The position numbers and the translations under genes were made by a program. Positions 48,975 through 58,696 of a stretch of DNA of 64,000 nucleotides are shown here, one piece after another (position 1 is the stretch's first letter; each line of letters opens with the position of its first letter). The stretch is taken from contig JBCCFB010000002.1 of NCBI GenBank assembly GCA_039029995.1, positions 14,318-78,317 on the forward strand, given 5' to 3'. The notes below the pieces were generated by a model. It saw nothing but the letters and a program-made list of their open reading frames with translations, ran no database searches and had not been told where the DNA came from. Origin of the DNA: Planctomycetota bacterium. GTDB taxonomy: Bacteria; Planctomycetota; Planctomycetia; Pirellulales; Pirellulaceae.

Positions 48975-50840
48975 TTGTCCACAGTTTCGAAACAAATTCA
49001 AAAGAGTGCTGCGGTGTCAGTTTTTCTCATGATGAACGCGGGCGCCAATTCAGGTGCACGCTTCGAACTCAAACGAGACGAAAAAAATCTCCTCGGTCGC
49101 GACTGGGATTGCAGAGTTGTTCTGAACGATCCGCAATGCTCACGCGTTCACGCCGAAATCTATCACGACGAAGACGGCTGGTGGGTGCGCGACAATGGCA
49201 GCAGCAATGGCACGTTTGTCAACGGCCAGACGATAGACAACGCAAGACTTACCGATGGAACAGAACTGCGCATCGGGAGCTGCCAGTTCACCTTCACCGA
49301 GAAATTTGACACCGCACCGGAACCCGAGGAAGACCCTGAATCACGTTCGACAAACATGACCGTGGTCCTCGACGAGTCAATGGACCCGTCAGAAACCGGC
49401 CAGTACACGTTGAACTTTTTGAAAGGTCACAACTGGGGCAAGGACTTCTTCTTTCTGTTTCAGCTGAGCGTAAAGCTGCTGGGCATCGATGACCCTGATG
49501 CCGTTGTCAGGATCTGCATGGGCAGATTGTTCGAGCGCATCGACGCATCGGCCGCCGGATTCCTCTGGTTATCTGATGATGGAAAGCTGAAACCGAAACT
49601 GGTCTTTCCCGATGACCAGCTGACCAGCGAGCTCGACATTAACGAGGACTTGACCCGTCGCGTCGTAAATCAGAAACGTGCGCTGAGGCTGGAAACAGAA
49701 ACCAAGGAAGGCTACGCAGATGCGATCTGTGTGCCCCTGATTTCCGAAGGCGAAGTCCAGGGCGCTATTCATCTGTATCGTTCGAGTCGTCCATTCCACG
49801 ACTCCCACTTTCAGCTGGCCTGCGCAATGGCGAACATCATGGTGCGTTCGCTGGCTAACGCGAACAAGCACACCTCACTCGCCGCAAAACATGACCGGCT
49901 GGTGCAAAAATCGGCTCAGTCCGATGAGCTGCTGGGCGAGAGCAAGGCAATGCTCGAACTGAAATCAAAAATCGTTCGCGTCGCCAAGGCATCGGGATGC
50001 GTGCTTATCCGGGGTGAGAGTGGAGCTGGAAAAGAACTTGTCGCACGTGCTATCCACCAGTCCAGTCCGCGTCGCGATCGCCCGATGTTGAGCGTCAACT
50101 GCGCGGCAATTCCGCGTGACCTGATGGAAAGCCAGCTATTCGGCCACAAAAAAGGCGCGTTCACAAGCGCCGACCGCGACCACATCGGCTGGTTCCAGCA
50201 GGCTGATCTGGGAACCCTGTTCCTTGATGAAATCGGTGAGCTGACGCTCGAAGGGCAGGCAAAACTGCTGAGAACGCTCGAAGGTCACCCATTTCTCCCG
50301 GTCGGCGGAACTGAAGAAGTTCAAGTTGACGTTCGTGTGATCTGCGCGACCAACCGTGACCTCAAAGAATTCGTCGCCGAAAAACAATTCCGCGAAGACC
50401 TGTTCTATCGCCTCAGCGTCTACGAACTTTATATTCCGCCGCTTCGCGACCGTGAGAGCGATATCCAGATGTTGATCAATCACTTTCTGGATCATTTCCG
50501 TAATCACCACGGCAAGTTCGATTTGTCGCTATCCAAAGAAGCCAACGACAGGCTTCTTGCCTATCAATGGCCCGGCAATGTCCGTCAACTGCGAAACGTG
50601 ATTGACAGCGCCGTCGTCATGGCTGATGACGCCGAGATACAGGTCGACGACATTGGAATCCGGGATGCGGCCGATGCCGGCGAATTCGAGACTCTTCGTA
50701 TTGATCACTGGGAACGCAAGCTGATCGTTGATGCTTTGAAACGGACCAGCAACAGCGTTCCCAAAGCGGCAGGCTTGCTCGGAATCAGCCGCGCGACTCT
50801 ATATCGCAAGATCGACGAATACGGAGTCGAACGGAAATAG
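48975..50840 (+). CDS. Sigma-54 enhancer-binding protein, FHA-GAF-AAA-HTH
   Basis: FHA (LGR...SRVHA...DNGSSNGTFVNG), GAF-like region, GESGAGKE, GAFTSA, FLDEIGE, RVICATN, WPGNVRQL, Fis HTH (LGISRATLYRK). Confidence 0.94.
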   Translation: MSTVSKQIQKSAAVSVFLMMNAGANSGARFELKRDEKNLLGRDWDCRVVLNDPQCSRVHAEIYHDEDGWWVRDNGSSNGTFVNGQTIDNARLTDGTELRIGSCQFTFTEKFDTAPEPEEDPESRSTNMTVVLDESMDPSETGQYTLNFLKGHNWGKDFFFLFQLSVKLLGIDDPDAVVRICMGRLFERIDASAAGFLWLSDDGKLKPKLVFPDDQLTSELDINEDLTRRVVNQKRALRLETETKEGYADAICVPLISEGEVQGAIHLYRSSRPFHDSHFQLACAMANIMVRSLANANKHTSLAAKHDRLVQKSAQSDELLGESKAMLELKSKIVRVAKASGCVLIRGESGAGKELVARAIHQSSPRRDRPMLSVNCAAIPRDLMESQLFGHKKGAFTSADRDHIGWFQQADLGTLFLDEIGELTLEGQAKLLRTLEGHPFLPVGGTEEVQVDVRVICATNRDLKEFVAEKQFREDLFYRLSVYELYIPPLRDRESDIQMLINHFLDHFRNHHGKFDLSLSKEANDRLLAYQWPGNVRQLRNVIDSAVVMADDAEIQVDDIGIRDAADAGEFETLRIDHWERKLIVDALKRTSNSVPKAAGLLGISRATLYRKIDEYGVERK

Positions 50841-50910
50841 GAAGTGCCAACGTCGCACACACTGATTGTTTCCTCGACTCAATACACTGAAACTTCGGCC
50901 GGGAAAGCAA

Positions 50911-51483
50911 GTGAACACACCCTCCCACTGGCTGATTACGGTTGCAGGTGCAAAGCTGCTTCGCCGTGTTCCACCTCGACTGGCGTGTGGACTCGGTTCT
51001 ATAGCTCCTGATCTTGCGCTCTATGTGCTGACCTTCGGCGGCGCGCTTTACTTTACACAGATTCAAGGGTGGACCACCGGAGATACTTTCCGCCACATCT
51101 TCGACAACCTCTACTTCTCCGATCCCGTCTGGATCACGCTGCACAATCTGCTGCATGCACCGATTCCAATCGCGATCTTTTTTCTCATTTCATGGACCTG
51201 GTGGCGCGCCGGCAACTCGTCGATCGCCCGCTGGTTGATGTATTTTCTGGCCGCCTGCGCGCTACATTCGGTGATTGATATCTTCACCCACTTCGACGAT
51301 GGGCCCCTGCTGCTCTTTCCATTTGACTGGACGTACCGGTTTTCAAGTCCGGTCAGCTACTGGGACCCGGCCCATTACGGGAAAGTCTTCATGCCCTTTG
51401 AAGCAGCACTCGATACTGCGCTGACAATCTTATTGATTCGCTGGTCGTGGAAGGACCGAGTGGTTTCGGATCAACCGGCTTGA
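50911..51483 (+). CDS. Membrane-bound metal-dependent hydrolase-like protein
   Basis: MNTPSH, GSIAPD, HNLLH, LHSVIDIFTHFDD...LFPF, PVSYWD; GTG 50911. Confidence 0.75.
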   Translation: MNTPSHWLITVAGAKLLRRVPPRLACGLGSIAPDLALYVLTFGGALYFTQIQGWTTGDTFRHIFDNLYFSDPVWITLHNLLHAPIPIAIFFLISWTWWRAGNSSIARWLMYFLAACALHSVIDIFTHFDDGPLLLFPFDWTYRFSSPVSYWDPAHYGKVFMPFEAALDTALTILLIRWSWKDRVVSDQPA

Positions 51484-51490
51484 ACGTCGA

Positions 51491-52918
51491 CTAATGATCC
51501 GCCCCCGCTTCAACTTCTTCTTCCAATGGTCTCACGGTCTGTGGCACCTCAGGTTCGATTTCAACTAACCGGTTGATGTCGTCTTCCTGTTTGTGCAGTT
51601 CGAAGGCGTCGTAAAGTTCCCCCAGCGCAGTCCGTGCCTCGAACCGCAGAGTTGAACCATCAATATGGATGATCTGATAAAGCTGAGTATCTTCTGCAAT
51701 CCTCTCCATGAACTCGTACCGCGTGTTGTTGTACATCTTCGGTCCGCTGACTGAAACGACATACACCGTGCCGGTTTCGGGATCAGCAAACTGCTTGCCG
51801 GTGGAGACATTTGTCAGCCCGACAATCGATTCTTCAATTTCGAGGTCAGCAAACTCATCGGGAGAAGCATCCGCGTCGGGTACATCGAATCCGGTCCGAC
51901 CGTAAGTGTGATCATGTCCCTGCAGGACGAGGTCGACTTTGTATTTGTCCAGAACGGGTTTCCATAAGGATCGGAGCCTCGCATTGTCACGGTCTCGACC
52001 CGTGGAAAATACCGGATGGTGGAATGTGCAGATCGTCCATTCCGATTCATTTTCGGCCAATACTTCGTCCAGCCATTCTGCCTGCTCGGCCTGCATCGTC
52101 ATTGAGTTGAGGCCGACAATCCGGAGGTTGTGGTAGGTCATCGTAAAACATGTTTCCTCCAGTCCGCGCGGGCCGTTTTCCGGAAACGTGAAAACGCTGC
52201 GCCAGTGTCGTGACAGTCTCGTGCGGTCGTCTATTCTCACATGTTCATGGTTCCCGGGAACAGCAACAGAAGGGACCATCCCGTTAAGCCACCCACCCGC
52301 TCCAAACCACTCTCCCCATTGGGCGTCGGACGCCGCGTTATCGACAAGGTCTCCGGCATGCAGCAGAAAAGCTGACTTCGGAGCATCCTGGTATGCCTGT
52401 CGAACGACGCGCGACCACATTGATCGAACATTATTCTGAGCGTCACCGAAGTAAACGAATGAGAACGGCGAATCTTCAGCTGCAGCCGTTCGGAAGTGGA
52501 ACCACTCGCTCCAGTTGGTTCCGTCTCCAACTCGATACGCGTAGACAGTTCCAGGCTCAAGTTCGCGAAACGTACAGCTATGGTAATGCGCTGTATTGAG
52601 ATCCGTCATCAACGCCTGGCTGAACGCAGTATGCTGTTTCGCTTTTTCCGCAAAGTACGGTCCTGCCTCCGCGGGTGCGATCTCCGCGAGCGCAGTGGAA
52701 ACGTCTACGGATGTCCGCCAGTTCACGGTTTGAGTCGTGCGCGGATCTTCATTAAGCGTGAGGATGATTCGGTCAGGCATCGCCGTTGGTGCGTACATCT
52801 CTGCCGGCCGAACTGCAATCACATGATCGTGGTCGTGATCCTGAGCCATGCCCGAAGCGCAACAGCACAAAACAACTGCAAAAATGATAGGAAGCCTTGT
52901 CATCGTCTCGATTCTCAT
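51491..52918 (-). CDS. Purple acid phosphatase-family metallophosphoesterase with FN3-like N-domain
   Basis: Signal peptide; FGDAQ, HAGDLVD, PGNHE, HH, QGHDH motifs. Confidence 0.92.
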   Translation of the reverse strand: MRIETMTRLPIIFAVVLCCCASGMAQDHDHDHVIAVRPAEMYAPTAMPDRIILTLNEDPRTTQTVNWRTSVDVSTALAEIAPAEAGPYFAEKAKQHTAFSQALMTDLNTAHYHSCTFRELEPGTVYAYRVGDGTNWSEWFHFRTAAAEDSPFSFVYFGDAQNNVRSMWSRVVRQAYQDAPKSAFLLHAGDLVDNAASDAQWGEWFGAGGWLNGMVPSVAVPGNHEHVRIDDRTRLSRHWRSVFTFPENGPRGLEETCFTMTYHNLRIVGLNSMTMQAEQAEWLDEVLAENESEWTICTFHHPVFSTGRDRDNARLRSLWKPVLDKYKVDLVLQGHDHTYGRTGFDVPDADASPDEFADLEIEESIVGLTNVSTGKQFADPETGTVYVVSVSGPKMYNNTRYEFMERIAEDTQLYQIIHIDGSTLRFEARTALGELYDAFELHKQEDDINRLVEIEPEVPQTVRPLEEEVEAGADH

Positions 52919-53114
52919 GCTCGGAGTACTTTGTTCACCGATTGGACGGTGGCTGAATTCGCCTAATCAATCGTCATATCAGGAATCGGCACCACCGGCC
53001 AGCTTTGAAACATCTGGCACCTCTATGATATCTGTTCGTCTTGAGGAAATCGGGCAAGGTTCCAGCGAAAAACTCGAACCTTCTTCTTTACTGATACGAC
53101 TAGAGGGAAACCAG

Positions 53115-53702
53115 ATGGGAAACTCAGAACTCTCGCTCGACGAACAACTTCAGCAGTTTAGAGACAGCCGGTTCATTGCCATGCCGATTGCCGGTGTACT
53201 GGCGTGGACGTGCATTGGTCTTCTGGGATTCTTCAGCAGTATTTTCGTATCCGTGTGGTCGATTTTTATCGGCACCGGAGTGATCTTCTATCTTGGAATC
53301 GCCGTTGGAAGGCTGGTCGGCGAAGACGTCCTTGGCTCAAAAAAGAAAGGGAACTTTTTTGACCGGGTGTTTCTGCTGACCGTGGTTCAAGCGATAGCCG
53401 TCTACGCGATCGCTATTCCGTTTTTCCAGCTCGATGTGTTTTCACTGCCAGTGAGTGTCGGAATCCTAACGGGACTGATGTGGATTCCGTTCTCCGCGCT
53501 TCTGGGGCATTGGGTCGGCCTGTTCCACGGTCTTTCGCGCACGGCTCTACTTGTACTGATTTACTACAGGTTCCCCGATACCTCGTTTGTGACTGTTCCA
53601 GCTGCGATCGTCGCAATCTATGTCATCACCATAGTCGTCCTGGAATTGCGTTACCGTTCGATCGTAATTGCGCGAAATGCGAGAGCGTTAGAGGCCGCAT
53701 AG
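53115..53702 (+). CDS. Multi-pass membrane protein of unknown function
   Basis: ATG 53115 with GAGGG RBS; about six hydrophobic segments; GILTGLMWIPFS..LGHWVGLFH. Confidence 0.75.
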   Translation: MGNSELSLDEQLQQFRDSRFIAMPIAGVLAWTCIGLLGFFSSIFVSVWSIFIGTGVIFYLGIAVGRLVGEDVLGSKKKGNFFDRVFLLTVVQAIAVYAIAIPFFQLDVFSLPVSVGILTGLMWIPFSALLGHWVGLFHGLSRTALLVLIYYRFPDTSFVTVPAAIVAIYVITIVVLELRYRSIVIARNARALEAA

Positions 53703-53744
53703 GCATCGGGCTCTATTGAAATAAAATGGACGACACAGCCGTAG

Positions 53745-54569
53745 TTACGAAACCCGTTCGAGCTTTGACCGGTTATGTTTGCGATACAGCGTCTTCGCTT
53801 TCTTCTTCTGCCGGTTTGCGAGCTTCACATCTGCACCGTTATCCAGCAGTAGATCAACACCTGCTCCGTATGTGTCCAGCGCGCCCATGTGAAGCGCCGT
53901 GTATCCGTCCACCAGTTGGTTGACATCGGCACCCGACTCGATCAGCAATTCGACGATCTGGCAGTTGCCGATTGATACTGCCGCCATTAAAGGCGTACCC
54001 AGAATTGCGGAGACTGAGTCCGGGTCAACGCCGGAGCTCAGCAGAAAGCGCAGGATCTTCTCAAGCGACCCGCGGCTGTTGTCTCCCATGTGGCAAAGTC
54101 GCGCCAAAAGATCGCCGGAACAGTTGGCTCCGTTGGCGACCAGCAACTCGACCATCTTGAATTGCAGATTCTGCGCAGCGTCGTTGAGGCAATGGTCCAG
54201 TTCCTCCTGAGTCGCACTCGGAAATAGCAGTCTCACGAGAGGTGTTCTATTCAAGCGGACCGCCCAGAAAAGCGCAGAATCTCCACACGCATCACAGGAT
54301 TGCGCCGTACCACCGAGCTGGACGAGCAAGCGAACTTTTCCCCGCTCATTCATTCGAACCGCCCAGACCAGTTCTTCACAAGCACCCTGACTGAGCTCAC
54401 CGTCGACCAGAAGTCCTTCCTCCCGAAAAGCTTCCTTTAGATTTTCAAAACCCCTGGCGCTGAGTTTACCTTGGCTTGCCTTTTCAAACTGTTTGAGCAA
54501 AGATCCACCAATAGGGCTTCGATCTCGAAACTTCCGGTAAACAGCAGCTGGTATTTTTTTTGATGGCAT
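53745..54569 (-). CDS. Ankyrin repeat protein
   Basis: GDSALFWAV, GTPLMAAV...LLIESGADVN, GYTALHMGA...LLLDNGADV. Confidence 0.9.
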   Translation of the reverse strand: MPSKKIPAAVYRKFRDRSPIGGSLLKQFEKASQGKLSARGFENLKEAFREEGLLVDGELSQGACEELVWAVRMNERGKVRLLVQLGGTAQSCDACGDSALFWAVRLNRTPLVRLLFPSATQEELDHCLNDAAQNLQFKMVELLVANGANCSGDLLARLCHMGDNSRGSLEKILRFLLSSGVDPDSVSAILGTPLMAAVSIGNCQIVELLIESGADVNQLVDGYTALHMGALDTYGAGVDLLLDNGADVKLANRQKKKAKTLYRKHNRSKLERVS

Positions 54570-54593
54570 AAGCGTATCCGCGTATTCGGGAGG

Positions 54594-56078
54594 CTACTTC
54601 TTTCCACGCCGAGTCTTGAAGCCTTTTGTCCGTTCAACGAGCTGGTTGAAGGCTCGTTTTCCGGTCGGCGGTCTTGTTCCGGACGCTTGCCTTTCCCACT
54701 GGGCTGCCTTGGTCGGGCCGAGCTTTCCATCTTCAACAGCGGCAATCAATAGAATCAGCAAATGTTTGCAGGTTCCTCTGGTCAAGGACATGCAGTGACT
54801 ACCACTTGCGGTGAAGCATGCGATCTCACCGTCGGAACTAAGCCGGCATCTGTTGCCGTCCACGACTGCGACCGCTTCATCGCGTGAGACTTCGTAAGCA
54901 AGTTTTTCAAGATGACCTTCGCGGATCATCCAGTCCACCAGCACTTGTCTCTGCGGGAAAATGTCTTTGGTGATAAACTCGCGGAACCCGGCTCTGGTAA
55001 CTCTCGTGCGTCTGGCTTTACCTTCGTCCAGAAACGGATTGGGCCCTTTGCCCGACCACGACAACAGGCTGTCACGAAAAGCGCGAGGCCAGCGTGTGGA
55101 TTCATTAAAGATTGCTTTTTTGAAAGCAACAGATTCGAACTTTGCTGATCGAAAATCTGCACCTCTTAAATCTGCGCCGCTGAGATCTACATTTTTCAAT
55201 CGCGCATTTTTGAAGGTTGCCCCCTTCAATGAAGCCTTTCTCATAGTCAGCGGCTTTTTCGGGTCCCCCTGCAGTCGCGCTGACGCAAAGCTTGCGCGGG
55301 TCAATGTGGCATGATCAAGCGAGCCGCCCTCAAAAACCGTCCTCGAAAATGTTGCTTCAGAAAGTTTTGATTTGGAAAAGTCAGGGCGTACCAGCCTTGC
55401 CTTTTCAAAATTGCACTGTGAGAGATCGACTTCTGAGAAGTTCACAGAAACCAATTCGGCTCCCGAAAGATCAATTTCATTCAGACGCGGACGACCATCG
55501 GATTTCTTGAAGTGGCTTCTCCAGTTACGTGTTTTCCCATTGCGAAGATCTGCTGCTACGAGTGCAGCCTGTTTGCGGCTCGAAGCCCGCCTGCTGGCTT
55601 TTGCCCGAGCTATTTCCTTGTCGCCGGCGGTATCAACTCCGAGTGACTTGCAAAGCCCTCGCACAACAAGTGCTTTCAATTTGCGACCGGAAACAGGGCT
55701 CTTCTCCGACTTGACCTTGATCGTGTCGAGTTGCAGCTCGCTCATCGGGAAGAGGCGGCCCATTTCCCGCATAGCTTCGCCAAACTTGTACATACGTATG
55801 CGAAAGTACTCGAACTTCCGATGGTTCTCGAACAAATCGAGGCTGCCGGTAGATCCGTTGAAGCTGGGATCGTCGTAGGTAATGCCGGTTTCAAGATGCG
55901 TACCCCAACGGTATGAACCGCCCATGGGATAGGCGCGGATTTCAAAGCTACCACCGAACGCGCCTGCTTCGATCGTCATCTTTGCGCCGGTGGCGGTAGT
56001 CAGTGATGCTTCGAACGTCAGCTTTGCTGCCTGACCTACAACGTCATCAAGTTCGTCAAATACTTCTGGTACAGGCAT
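54594..56078 (-). CDS. Pentapeptide repeat protein with C-terminal SWIM-like Cys/His motif
   Basis: DLSGAEL..., ASLKGATFKNARLKNVDLSGADLRGADFRSAKF; CFTASGSHCMSLTRGTCKHL. Confidence 0.85.
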   Translation of the reverse strand: MPVPEVFDELDDVVGQAAKLTFEASLTTATGAKMTIEAGAFGGSFEIRAYPMGGSYRWGTHLETGITYDDPSFNGSTGSLDLFENHRKFEYFRIRMYKFGEAMREMGRLFPMSELQLDTIKVKSEKSPVSGRKLKALVVRGLCKSLGVDTAGDKEIARAKASRRASSRKQAALVAADLRNGKTRNWRSHFKKSDGRPRLNEIDLSGAELVSVNFSEVDLSQCNFEKARLVRPDFSKSKLSEATFSRTVFEGGSLDHATLTRASFASARLQGDPKKPLTMRKASLKGATFKNARLKNVDLSGADLRGADFRSAKFESVAFKKAIFNESTRWPRAFRDSLLSWSGKGPNPFLDEGKARRTRVTRAGFREFITKDIFPQRQVLVDWMIREGHLEKLAYEVSRDEAVAVVDGNRCRLSSDGEIACFTASGSHCMSLTRGTCKHLLILLIAAVEDGKLGPTKAAQWERQASGTRPPTGKRAFNQLVERTKGFKTRRGKK

Positions 56079-56134
56079 CTACTTTTGGCGACCTGATGAA
56101 CACACCGCATGAAACGAATACCGGTCCAACGCGG

Positions 56135-58528
56135 CTAGATGACGTACCCTGGATCAGCATACTCAGGTTCCTGACGTGAAGATCCAATGGCGATTCCACC
56201 GGCGATATGCCAGATATTGGACAGCCCCACCCGCCTTGCGACACTTGCAGCGCGCCCGCTGCGCCGACCACTTCGACAAAGGAAAACAATCTGCCGTCCG
56301 GACTTGCTGATAGCGATCAGCTCAGGCAGGCAGCCGGTCAGTCGAGTGAGTGGAATGTTTCGTGGAGGCTGGTCGAGCCCCATTTTGTGCCAGTCACCCG
56401 CGAACGAGAATTCATGAGGCTCCCGCACATCGATGATCAAAGAATCGTTGTGAGAAGCGAAAAACTCTTTGAGACCATCCGGAGGAATATCCACGGACGT
56501 TCCGGTTGAGACTGCATCGGGATCTTTGATCAGTCCGCAAACCAGTTCAGAATTCGATTCGTCCTGTATACCCTGATCGACCCCGGGCTTGGCAGCAACA
56601 AAATCCTCACGGCGCATCGGCACGACTGGATCCAGAATTGAAGCAAGAAATTCGTTTGTTTTAACTTCACATCCGAGCGTCGTTGCAAACTCGTTGTTGT
56701 AGTCGTGCGTCGGGCAGATGACTGTAGCGTCTGATGAGATGATATTCGATAAACGATGAAGCGAATCGAACATCCCTTCGACTGAACTCGATTCGAAATC
56801 AGTCCGGCCGATTCCGCCCATCAGAACCGTGTCTCCGCAGAACGCAAACAGAATGTTTGCAGCATCGAGTTTTCCATCTACCGGTTTGCCGACAAGATAG
56901 GCATTGCTGATAACCGTATGGCCGGGCAGTTTGACAGCCGCAAGTACCAGACCGTTGAAAAGATTGATGCATTCAGCCGACTCGCCGTTTGCAAGAGTCA
57001 CTGAGCCATCGGGCTCATGTGGCCAGCCCAGCAGATCTCCGCTGTTGGCACGCGGCTGGATGTACTGGCCAAGCACTTTCAACTGCATCGACCTGCAGGA
57101 TTCATGGTCAACATGATTGTGGCTGTCCAGAATCGCAATGACCCGACTGCCCTGACAGCGTACGAGTGTCTCTACCCGCTCCGAGAGCTCTTCGAAAGGA
57201 TCGATAATCACACACTGACTGGATTCAGAATCCATCAGCAGCCACGTACACATCGAGCCTTTCTTGAGCTGAACCAGTCCGTCAACGCGACCGCCGGTTT
57301 GCGTAACCGGATCGTTTGAAACCATCAGGCAACTGTCGCACAGCGCGCGGCCTACCTGCCGGATCCGGTCGCAGGCCATTTCGATTTCCTTCTCCGTATT
57401 CATCGGGCCGAAGGACATGCGGATGGCACCTTCACTACGCCACTTTTCGATGCCCATTGCATCGAGCACATAAGACGCGACGGCCCCCGAACCGCACGCC
57501 GATCCGGAACTGACACGGATGCCCGCGGCATCAAAAAGATCCAGAAGCTCTTTACTGGAAAATCCACGTACCGCAAAGTTGATAGTTGTCGCGACCGAAG
57601 TCTCAAACGGAGTGTTGAAAACGATCGTCGGAAATGCCTCCGTCAAACTCTGCACGATCCGGTCTCGAAAGTTCTCCAGAGAATCGTGACTGGCAAACTC
57701 TGCGTTGGGAGAGATGTCGAGCATCTTCAATACAGCAGCAATTGCAGCAACGCCCGGCAGGTTCTCTGTTCCGCCGCGCGCTCCATGTTCCTGGCCGCCG
57801 CCGGCCATCAGAGGAACGACTGATGCGCCCTTTCGTACATAAAGCAGGCCGATGCCTTTCGGGGCGTAGATCTTATGCCCGCTGGCAGAAGCGTAGTCGA
57901 TTGTTGTTGTGGCCAGATCGAGCTTCATTTTTCCAACCGCCTGCACCGAGTCGACAAGCCACTTGCAATGTTCATTGACCGATCGCAGGACATTTTCAAT
58001 CGCCCTCAGGTCGTGAATGACTCCGGTTTCGTTATTCACCGCCATCGTGCAGACCATCGCTGCATGGGGAGCGTGTTCTTTCAGAAATTCCAGATCAAGC
58101 GCGCCCCTGGAGTCCACTGGAATCTCAAGAATCTCGCAACCTGCGTCCAGAACTTCATTCCAGTGTTCAAGTGCTTTTGGAACCGCCTTGTGTTCAGTGG
58201 CTCCGTAAAGCAACTTGCAAGCCTTGCCGGCGATATCGCATTGCTGCTTCCGTTTCCGGAAGTCACACAACGTCGAAAGAATTGCCATCTGGATCGCTTC
58301 GGTCGCACCACTCGTAAAAACGATTTCGCCTTCGCCCGCACCAAGTACAGACCTTGCCAGATCACGTGTCGACTCAAGCAGATATCGCGCGCGGAGTCCC
58401 GAAGTGTGTACGCTGCTCGGATTGCCGAACAGATCCTCCATTGCATCAAATGCGGCGTGTGCAGCTTGCGGAAGCACAGGCGTAGTCGCATTAACATCGA
58501 GGTAGATTTCTTTGTTTGCCTTGATCAT
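56135..58528 (-). CDS. Cysteine desulfurase - persulfide dioxygenase (MBL) - rhodanese three-domain fusion
   Basis: IYLDVNATT, FTSGATE, ASGHKIYAPKG (PLP Lys), SSGSAC (catalytic Cys); SHNHVDH, PGHT, GDT, GRTDF, PTHDY; DVREPHEF, CRSGRRS. Start ATG 58528. Confidence 0.93.
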   Translation of the reverse strand: MIKANKEIYLDVNATTPVLPQAAHAAFDAMEDLFGNPSSVHTSGLRARYLLESTRDLARSVLGAGEGEIVFTSGATEAIQMAILSTLCDFRKRKQQCDIAGKACKLLYGATEHKAVPKALEHWNEVLDAGCEILEIPVDSRGALDLEFLKEHAPHAAMVCTMAVNNETGVIHDLRAIENVLRSVNEHCKWLVDSVQAVGKMKLDLATTTIDYASASGHKIYAPKGIGLLYVRKGASVVPLMAGGGQEHGARGGTENLPGVAAIAAVLKMLDISPNAEFASHDSLENFRDRIVQSLTEAFPTIVFNTPFETSVATTINFAVRGFSSKELLDLFDAAGIRVSSGSACGSGAVASYVLDAMGIEKWRSEGAIRMSFGPMNTEKEIEMACDRIRQVGRALCDSCLMVSNDPVTQTGGRVDGLVQLKKGSMCTWLLMDSESSQCVIIDPFEELSERVETLVRCQGSRVIAILDSHNHVDHESCRSMQLKVLGQYIQPRANSGDLLGWPHEPDGSVTLANGESAECINLFNGLVLAAVKLPGHTVISNAYLVGKPVDGKLDAANILFAFCGDTVLMGGIGRTDFESSSVEGMFDSLHRLSNIISSDATVICPTHDYNNEFATTLGCEVKTNEFLASILDPVVPMRREDFVAAKPGVDQGIQDESNSELVCGLIKDPDAVSTGTSVDIPPDGLKEFFASHNDSLIIDVREPHEFSFAGDWHKMGLDQPPRNIPLTRLTGCLPELIAISKSGRQIVFLCRSGRRSGRAASVARRVGLSNIWHIAGGIAIGSSRQEPEYADPGYVI

Positions 58529-58696
58529 ATATCCGTAGGCGCCGATCGGCCCTGAAGGTGGTTTGAGCATCTATACCTACAGTATATGCGAAGATGCCCT
58601 TCCTGCTGCCGGGAACCGGTGGGATTGAGCGGGAAGCTTTGACGGATTGTCAGAAGAGACCGGCGCGGCAGACTTTGACGTCAGGGCCGGTGCAAC

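Noticed and set aside
52848-53114. N-terminal extension of the 284-aa ORF
   Set aside because: Overlaps the start of the phosphatase gene; ATG 53115 has a better RBS and starts the hydrophobic domain.
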